From the human T2T-CHM13v2.0 reference genome, Homo sapiens: a stretch of 64,000 nt of DNA. A program made the position numbers and the translations under genes. Below are positions 54,943 to 64,000 of the stretch, in pieces. The stretch is taken from the NCBI RefSeq assembly GCF_009914755.1, contig NC_060926.1; one strand, given 5' to 3'. The notes beneath the pieces were generated by a model, which was not told the DNA's origin, ran no database searches, and saw only the letters and a program-made list of their open reading frames with translations. Every line of letters begins with the position of its first letter. Positions within the stretch are counted from its first letter, which is position 1.

Positions 54943-56150
54943 CAGCAAAGTTGTCTTAAATCCATATTTTAGGGAGAGATTCAGGGAAAGTATGTGGTAA
55001 AGATTTTGTCTTATTTCAATATGAATTTATTACAAAGATAATAATAATACCTAAAGGGAAAAATAGTAATGTTTGAAATCCCATCCCAGAGGTTATGTTT
55101 TGTCTGCCTTGTTATCTATGCTTGTGGCAGCCAAGCCCTTTCCAGAGAAGGTCCCGAATTCCAACTCTCTGGCCTTCGGGCACTGCCTATGCTTATGTGT
55201 CACACAAGTCTCAATTTGGGGTCAGAGCCCTGAAACAACAAGATGAAGAGGTTCTTAGCTACAGACGCTATAATCAGATTCACACATTTCAAATTTTCCT
55301 GGCCAAATCAGAATGTCCTCACAAGCCACCTGAAATTCAGCCCATACACTTTTATTGAGCACATTAATGATATGCTCATTAATGAGCACACTGACATGTT
55401 ACTTTTCATCAGTCAAAAGGTCAATGGTGACCCAACTAGAAGTGTTGGTTTTATAGTCTTAAACTCTACAAGAAAAAAACTACATAAAGAAATACCAGAA
55501 GCATCATTAAAATAGCTTCTGACAATTGTTAAAACATCTTTCAGATGTTTTAAAAAAAATTCATCGGTACTGAGATGAATCTAATAGAATGAACAATTTA
55601 CTAACCTAGTTTTTAAAACATTCCCAAATCCCAGTACATTTCCACATAAGGCCGTGGTACTCAGTGAAATGTATGGTGGGCCCATCATCACCACCACCAA
55701 CACCCCTCAAAGCTGCATGATATCTTTACATATTAGGCCAGGTGCAATCAAGAACGACCACCAAAAGAAATGAAATAAAATATACAAATATATAACAAAA
55801 ATAATTTTTAAGTTAAAAAATAAAGAAAGCAGAAGGAATGAATTCAAAAGAGGGACTGGTAAAAAAAGAAAACAAAATGTAAGAAATGATAACTAAGACC
55901 AGAAAAGCATCTTTTAAAAACCTCCTGGAGTGTTAGGGGTGAGAGAGGATGCGATTTAAATACCATCAGACTCAGGAAAAGAGAGGAGATTTCACCAGGT
56001 TTTCACAAGCCTAAGATCCAGGAGTGCAGAGGCAAATACGACAGTTCAGAAGGTCTAAATTCACTAAATCGATCATTTAGTGAATGGCTTTTGGTCCTTC
56101 ATTTAAAAAGAACTTGGTTGAATTTGGAATACATAAAAGAAACTAAGAGA

Positions 56151-56677
56151 TGTATTAAGAGTAGACTGAACGGTGACCACCCCCACAAAATGTCATGTCC
56201 ATGTCCTAACCCCCAAAACCCATGCATTGTGACCCTGTTGGGAAAAGGGGGTCTTTGCAGATGTGACTAAATTAAGGATTTGCAGAGGAAATCATCCTGG
56301 ATTGGGTGGGTCCTAAATGCAATGGCAAGTCCTAAGAAGGGAAGAAGAGAAAGGAAGGGAAAGGAAGAGAAGAGAAGGGGTGGGTGGGAAACAGACACAG
56401 CAACACAGGAAAGAAGGCCGTGTAAAGACCCATATGAAGATGAAGGCAGGCATTCACGTTAAGCTGCCACAAACCAAGGAATACCAGAAACCACTAGAAA
56501 CTGGAAACAGCAAAGAAGAATCCTCCTCTAGACCCTAGAGTGTCTGGAGGAAGCGCGGCCCCACCCACACCTTGATGCCTGACTATGGCCTCAAGAACTG
56601 TAAGAGAATACACTTCCATTGTCTTAAGCCACCCAGCGTGTGATAATGTATTACTGCAGCCCTAGGAAATTAATACA
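56151..56677 (+). mobile_element. MLT1C/D-like MaLR solo LTR
   Basis: ggaaaagggggtctttgcagatgtgactaaattaaggat...gaactgtaagagaatacac...gcagccctaggaaattaataca. Confidence 0.85.
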
Positions 56678-56794
56678 GGCACCTGAGCCATTAATGAAGT
56701 AATTGTGAAAAGCCATCCTTTGCCTGTGGTTACCACATGTGACCTGCAGTCTCATGGGAAACAGGTATCATCCACATGGCCAGAAGCAGAAGCT

Positions 56795-56975
56795 TTCAGA
56801 TTGAAGAGACCTAGGCTGAATCCAGATTCTGACAATTACTCACAGTGTGGCCTTGGACATGTTTCTTGACCTCTCTGTACCTCAAGGTCATCTCTAAAAA
56901 GGTGAGCAGCAAAAAACAGTCCCTACCTCATACTGTTGTTGGGAATGAATGGGATCACCTCTGGAAAAGTGCAAG
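56795..56975 (+). mobile_element. MIR SINE
   Basis: agacctaggctgaatccag...tgtggccttggacatgtttcttgacctctctgtacctc. Confidence 0.6.
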
Positions 56976-57369
56976 GTGAGGGGCAGACACATGGTGAGAT
57001 TCATTCCCTACCACTAAGCGTGGGCTGAGCTCCAGCTCAGCCAACCACAATGTGAGCCTGGGGATTGGAGGATGAGGAAGGGAAAAGCTCACTGCAAGGG
57101 AACCAGCATCTAGCCCCTCTAACCTGTTATTCTCGGTACATTTCTTGTCAATAATTAAAACAACTCCACTGCCTTGATAGCCACACTTCTATTTATAACA
57201 CTTAAAATTATCAGCTTCATTCCACTCTCACACCTAGACACTTACTCATTCATTCTCACAGGAGGAGTTTAATTTCAGCAAATGTGTTTTTGAGATATTT
57301 TGATGTCCTGGAGCTATGAAACTATAATGTAATTCATTTACTTTCTGAAAAACATGAAGGCAATGATTT

Positions 57370-57518
57370 TTCTCTTTTTTTCTGGCCTTGTTGAGGCATA
57401 CTTAAGAAATTAAAATTGTATATATTTGAAGTATACGACATAATGACTTAATACACATATATATTGTAAAGTGATTACCAAGTCAAGGTAATTAACAAGA
57501 CCATCACATCACAGTTAC

Positions 57519-57557
<39 letters not shown>

Positions 57558-58003
57558 TGAGAACATGCCAAGATCTACCCTCTTAGCACATTTCAAGTAA
57601 ACAATACAGTATTACTAACGGTGGTCCCCATGTTGTACCTTCAATCCCAGAACTTATTCATCTTAAAACTGAAAATTTGATCCACGTCTCTACCTTTCCC
57701 CACCCCTCAGAACCACTGTTCTGCTTTCTGCTTCTATGAGTTTGATTTTTTAGACTCTACCTATAAGTGAGAATGCAATATTTGTCTTTCTGTTTCTGGC
57801 TTATTTCATTTAGCATAATGTCCTCCAGGTTCATCCATGTGGTCACAAAGGGGAGGATTTCTTCATTTTTTTGTGGTTGAAAAATATTCCAATGTATATA
57901 GATACCACATTTTCTTTATCCATTCACCTGTCAATGAGCATTTAGGTTGGTTCTGTACCTTGTCTACTGTAAATAATGCCGCAGTGAACACAGGGATACA
58001 GAT
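57370..58003 (-). mobile_element. L1MA (about MA8/MA9) 3' end containing a (GT)n microsatellite at 57522-57556
   Basis: aaattgtatatatttgaagtatacgac...cacagttaccac(gt)n ggtgagaaca...cttatttcatttagcataatgtcctccaggttcatccatgt. Confidence 0.9.
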
Positions 58004-59616
58004 AAGCAACATGGAAGTTCCTCAAAAAACAATTTTAGGACCGTGATTTTTCAATTTCAACACTACATGACATAAGTAACAAAAGGAGAGTTGTTAGGGT
58101 CCTAAAGATACCTACCTCCAGATGTTTTATCTTCATTAGCTAAGTAATAGTCAACATGCATTCAAATGTTTGCTTAGTGCCATACGATGTGACAAGAAGA
58201 TGATACGTAAGGCCTAAGCAACTCATTATTTTTGGAAACATGACCTCTTTCAACCTAGTTCTTGTATCCAGACTCTCACAACAGCTTCTCCATCTCTGAG
58301 AGCTAAAATACCTGCCGGGTGGATAAGCAGTCATACCCAGGCCAGCCAGCAGCTCTCCTAAATTTGGAGGGAGAAATCCATTCAGGAGTGCGATGATAGA
58401 GTCAGGCTTGCAACTTCCTAAATTTCAGGGATACCTGCATTTCAAGGGAATTTCATGATCATTAATTTAAAAAAAAAACTGGTTCTTCCTTATAGGCCTT
58501 AAAAACATGTAAAATGTCCCTAAGTCAATGATTTGAGAACAAGAAGATTAAAAATGAAACAGTGAATTGAATTGGAATTGAACAGAATGCTGCTGAAGTC
58601 AAACACAAGCAGCTCGTCAGTCTAAGATAAAAATACTAGAAAGACCTCTATCTTTATGATCAGGGAGTCGGGGTCATATTACCTTAATTGCCTGGTAAAC
58701 CTAGCCTGCACAAGCATGCACACTGAAGATATGGTGATATCTGACTTTATTCATTCTCTCAGCTGACTCTCTGACCTTAACATATGCAAATTTTATTCAA
58801 GCATCTTCTGAAGCACTTTTTATTTTGCCTGAAGATGTCAGAGAAATCAGTACTTCCAACTGGCATTGCTGGTCCTATTTACCGTGGTTGACGATGCAAG
58901 TTGCCCAAGTGTTAATGAACATGTCCTTCCTGCTCAAAAGCCTTCAGGTACACTGTTGCAAAAGCAGCATCCTTAAATAGCTAAGTGGGACCCAAGTGAG
59001 ACTTCTCTCTGGCAATATTTTGTTTGAATCTTGGAATGATGCTTCCAAAGATTCACACAAATTAAAAATGAAGACTTGCCAATTCCTTCAACATGAATTC
59101 ATTCATTCAGTAAGACTTTATTAAGCACTCACAATGTGCCTGTTATTTAAGGGTACTTGGGGAGGGAGTTGTTTTTATTTTCCAACTGCCCATCTGAAAG
59201 ACTTTGAATAAAAGATGTATTTTACTCCTTTATCTGAATGACAACCAATTCAAAGAGTCAGTGCCCAGACACCAAAAATCTAATCTAATCTTGCCTTGAT
59301 GCCCTATTCTTCTAGATTTCGACATGATTTTAAAAATTCTGGCCAATTTCTAAGGCTGTCGATGCTGAAAAAAGTAGACTTAACTTTTGCAGTTGAAATT
59401 GTACAACACTCATCATATAAAAATAAATTATAATAGAAGGTTTGAAAAGTAGACCTTAAAAATAGAGGTTACAAAATTAGCCAGGTTTCTATTGAAAGAA
59501 ATGTGATACTATTTTTTTTAACGTATCACGTCTCTACATCTGCATTTTGTCCTGAAGGATGTGGTGACCTAAATAAAACTGACACTCTCTGGTCAGAATT
59601 CTGCAGCACCCAGAAC

Positions 59617-60421
59617 TGGCAGTCATTGATGAAGAAAACTACAGCTGCAAGGGTACCCGGCAGTTTCATATCTAAACAAGAGTGTTTCTTTGTCCTAAGA
59701 CACGGATGGGGCATCCTTTCAAAGTCTCTGAAGATATTGGAAAACATTAGACTTCAGTAAACATTGGAAATGGGGCTACACAGAGGAACTCAGTTTTTTA
59801 GCTATTAAACCTTTCTTTAAACAGATTTCAATACTTAACCATAGACACATCTACAAATTACTAAAAGAAGTGCAAAAAGAATGACTCCCCACTCCATTCA
59901 CTAGCAAGCAAGTCCCCAACTCTGCATATTCATAAACATTTAATATTTATATAGGACAAAACCATTTGACCTAATTTAACCTTACTATGATATAAATATT
60001 TTTGGTCTCAAGATCTGAACTGTAGGACCTGGACCCGGGCAGACAAAAACAGTATGACCTTGAATAAATCGGGTACCGCTCTTAGCCTCCATTTTGCTAC
60101 CTCTGAGATCTGGTCTCCATGAGCCTTTCTGAAACTCACCATCTTGAGAGTCTGATGGAAGTTATGAAGGCTCTCCACCTAAACTCTGACGTTTATGTCC
60201 AATTTGATGATGTTCAAAAGCAGTCACAGATTCCAGGTGAAAAACAACTGACCTAAAGAATCTCTGTGATCCCTCCAAGAGCCAAAATTTTACTATTGTT
60301 TAATAGGATAACCTGTACTCTATACCTTACATTATATATTATGTATGCATAATGTTACTTGTTTAGCTTTGAAACTGCAGAGCACGCTGGCGGCTGCAGT
60401 TTTCTTCATCAATGACTGCCA
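59617..60421. repeat. Inverted repeat with 64-bp arms (59617-59680 and 60358-60421) and 677-bp spacer
   Basis: Manual ungapped alignment gives 55 of 64 identities; outer 24 bp are perfect. Confidence 0.95.
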
Positions 60422-60675
60422 TGTATGTATATAGGCACAGATATTTTAGATACTATTATTATATTATGTTAATAGAATATAACTGCTATATTTTGTCTAC
60501 ATCTTACTGTATTTATTATACCTGTGCTTGTAAGTTAGGTATACACATACCTCATATGTATATAGACAGAACTCAAAGTAGTTGGACTGTGCTCTGGCCC
60601 ATCTTTTAGTAGAGGTGACATTCTTCATTGACTTCTTTTAAGGAAATGTAAATGTGCTCCTTAAGTGACTGAGAA

Positions 60676-61055
60676 CTTTTTTAAGTTCAGGAGGACACGT
60701 GCAGGTTTGTTACATAGGTAAACTTGGGTCACGGTGTTTTTTTGTACAGATTATTTCATCATGCAGGTATTAAGACTAGCACCCATTAGTTATTTTTCCT
60801 GATCCTCTCCCTCCTCCCACCCTCTACCCTCCAAAAGGCCCCAATGTGTGTCTTTCCCCTTTACGTGTCCATGTGTTCTCATCATTTGCTCCACACATAA
60901 GTGAGAACACGTGGTATTTGATTTTCTGTTCCTGTGTTAGTTTGCTAAGGATAGTGACCTCCAGCTCCATCCATGTCCCTGCAAGGACATGATCTCATTC
61001 TTTTTTGTGGCTGCAGAGTATTCCATAGTGTATATGTGCCACATTCTCTTTACCC
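60676..61055 (-). mobile_element. L1PA (about PA8-PA12) 3' end
   Basis: gtgcaggtttgttacataggtaaac...cagattatttcatc...gttatttttcctgatcctctccctcc; TSD agtgactgagaa at 60664-60675 and 61056-61067. Confidence 0.9.
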
Positions 61056-62914
61056 AGTGACTGAGAATTTTCTCTCTCTCATTTATATAAGCTAGTCTAA
61101 GTTTCTGTTCCCCAGCCTGGTGGAGAAATGGTCCCATTATAGATGTGGTTGGGCAGAAAGGGAAGTTAACAAAAACAATACCATCAAGTCACCCTAATTT
61201 GCAATGCAACTGTTACATGTGATACTAACAAATTCATGAATATATCTGAAGCTATACCCTGGTATCATTAGCATAAAGTTAAAATGCAGTGATCAGTCTA
61301 TCTCTTAGTTTTGGGGTGAGCAGGAATGTAACTCTAGTGACCTTAACCTTGACTTAGGAAAATTATACCTACATTCAGAAATTTGTAGAACACAACTCCA
61401 AAGAAAAAGATATGTCTTAAAACTGTGGAGTTTGTTGAATGATTGCAGCCCATCAGAAGAAAGATAATTACATTAAATGAAAATAATATAAATTAAAGGA
61501 AAATTAAGAATGAGCTAGAGTAAGAATGCTGCTGGCAAACCTAATTACATTGTTTATTGTTTTTCTTCATGCCCCAACCTCTTTGCCATCCCAATCCCTA
61601 CCTGCTGCTCAAATGTAAGCTTCCTCAGGAAAGGGTTTTATCCTTTGTTTTTACTGATGACTCATAAGCATAAAGAGCATTGCCTCATGCAATAAATATT
61701 TGAAAAAATGGCACTAAGTGTCTTTGCCAAAGACATCATGGTGATTATGAGTAGTAATCCATAATTGTGTGTGTGTGTGTTACTTAAATGCTATAATCAA
61801 GCACAAACTGAAAAACTGCTTCCCCAAATCTCCTGTACACCAGTCCCCCACACCTCCCCAAAAAAAACTTGTTACTCAGTACATGATTCATTGCAGCTGA
61901 GAGGTATGTTCCGGGGCTTTCCATGGAACACCAGACCAATTGGATATTGAACCCTAAAGTTCCAAGATCATAAACTACCAAGACAGGAAATAGAGATCTG
62001 ATTTTAACTCACCATTAGGAATTAACCTCCTTATGGACTGCTCAAAGAAAGATGACCTAGATCATTGTCCTTAGTCAGACATCAAATGTCAACAAGACTA
62101 AAAAGAAAACTTAGTAAGAAGGATAACCAAGTTCAAACTCATGTTGTTCAAAGTTAACAAAAAAGAAAAAGATAATCAAGGAGAGAAGCCAAATGTTAAT
62201 AAAACAAACTTGTGATTCATAATGCAGCATAAAGTCAACCCTACCTAAAGTAAACCTTAAAATCAGAGCAACTAATATGAACTCGCGGGAGTGGAAACTT
62301 TTTCAATTAAACGTTGACATGAAGCATTCAGACACCATCATTTCATAGTGACCCCTTTGAAAAAACTGGAAGAAATGCTTTGCCACTTCATGGTTTACTG
62401 GCATTAGGATTCATGATTCATGATTAAGACAAAAATGAAGCTCCATGGCTGCATTCTCTTGATGCCAATATCAAGAGCTAGGAATAGAAAAACTCCAGCA
62501 GGCAGCCACAAGAAGGATTTTCTTGTCCATAACATCAAACAATTTGATTTTTTAAGTCAATTAATATTTGGTTGAGCATCCTATAGTCATAGCCAAAGGC
62601 TTATAATAATCTGGAGCACTCAATTTAGTCATATTTGTGTCAATTTTGCAAGGGTATGCTACCTTCAAAAGTGCTAGGCTGACAAAGAAAATCAATAATC
62701 CCATTGGTTAGAAAAGAACACAATGTCGTCAGGTGAACTGGGACAGAACTTTCAGAGTCAGCACAGCAAAGGCATCCAAGGCCACTTCACCCATTGCAGA
62801 TGCAGGCTATACTTAGTTCATTGATTCTGTGTCTTGGAGCAGCCTCATCCAAAAGGGTACACTGTTGACAGACAAAAGTAGACCTAAGGAAAAAGATAAC
62901 TCATCCCAAGGGAG

Positions 62915-63112
62915 TACTCATTATTTGTTAGGTACTATTCTAAGGGTTTTACATGTAACAAATTACTAATAATGTTGCTCCCATTTTACAGATGAGGAGA
63001 CAGAAGTACAAAAAGGCAAAATAACTTGTTCAAGGTCACCCAGAGAGTAAGTGGCAGAGCCCAGGTGCAGAACCAGGGGTTCTGGGTCCAAGGGCCACGC
63101 TTTCAACCACTG
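62915..63112 (-). mobile_element. MIR SINE
   Basis: cccattttacagatgaggagacagaag...taacttgttcaaggtcacccagagagtaagtggcagagcc core. Confidence 0.8.
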
Positions 63113-64000
63113 CAAGCATGGACTCTGAGGAAGGAAACAACCACCCTCTCCTCCCTCATGGCCTTCAGGCTAAGGTTTCCATATAATCTAGAGCCTACCC
63201 AGCCTCCTGAAACCAGAGATAAAAGCAAAACTCTCTGGCCTCTGCTGACCAGAACAGACACACCAGGCTCATCAGGTCAACAAAGCCACCAGTATTTGAG
63301 CAACCAAGCTCCCCAAATCTGCAAAGTGGGATGCAAAAGTGAATTCACCTATGAAATCAGGTAGACCTGTCAGAAGTGGGAAAGCCATAAGGAAGACCAG
63401 TTCTCACATTGGACTAAACAAAAATAAGAAACTGTGCTGACAACCTCTGTGACCTAAATCCAGTCTGTTCTGCCCATTCACAACTTGGTTTATGTAGCAT
63501 GAGACAGCTGGACAGTTGCTAAGATCTCCTCCTATTCTAAGATTGGGTGCTCCTCGTGCTCCTCTAAGAAAAACCACACTGGGCCTTTCCAGTGCTTTGC
63601 CCCAAGTAGATGCTTGATCAGTTGAACTGAATTTAGAGCACCCTTCAATTACTCTTTTCCCTATCCAGAGTGTTTAGCTTTGATCTAGGAAAAATGCAAA
63701 AAGAAAAATTCACATCAATTTTAATTATTAGCTCTTCTTTGATCCACCAAAAACATGAAGTTCAGTAGAGAATGTAACAGAATAGAAAATGCAGGCTTCC
63801 TCCCAATAAAACCACTATGTTATGCTGCAAGTCAATCAGAAAAGAGTTTTTCCATGATGCTGAAACAAAATGTACTGACATCACTCCAAAGCCAATTTTT
63901 TTCCATGACTTGACTCAATCCCAGAACCTGCCCTGGCACTCACTTCCTTAGCACGTGAACAAACCAAAGACATCATTTATCCAACGAAGTGATTTCCGTG

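Overview
This is primate (human-like) non-coding genomic DNA, not microbial. It contains 17 Alu SINEs (J, S and Y types, most with visible target-site duplications), young L1PA and old L1M fragments, L2 and MIR relics, about 7 solo LTRs (MaLR, ERVL, ERV1-type), hAT DNA-transposon relics and microsatellites. I cannot support any protein-coding exon, RNA gene or CRISPR array: the ORF track is short ORFs from repeats or chance, and I do not recognise the locus. All recognisable LTRs and 13 of 17 Alus lie on +, which suggests by inference that the window is inside a long intron of a minus-strand gene. The most notable structures are a non-repeat 64-bp inverted repeat spanning about 800 bp (59617-60421), a 135-bp tandem duplication with one-sided G/CpG asymmetry, a cluster of three strong minus-strand splice donors beside an LTR, a twin-primed L1, and template-switch scars inside Alus. 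I found no convincing new biological system. Repeat subfamily names come from my recall of consensus sequences, not from a database run, and boundaries of old elements are approximate.
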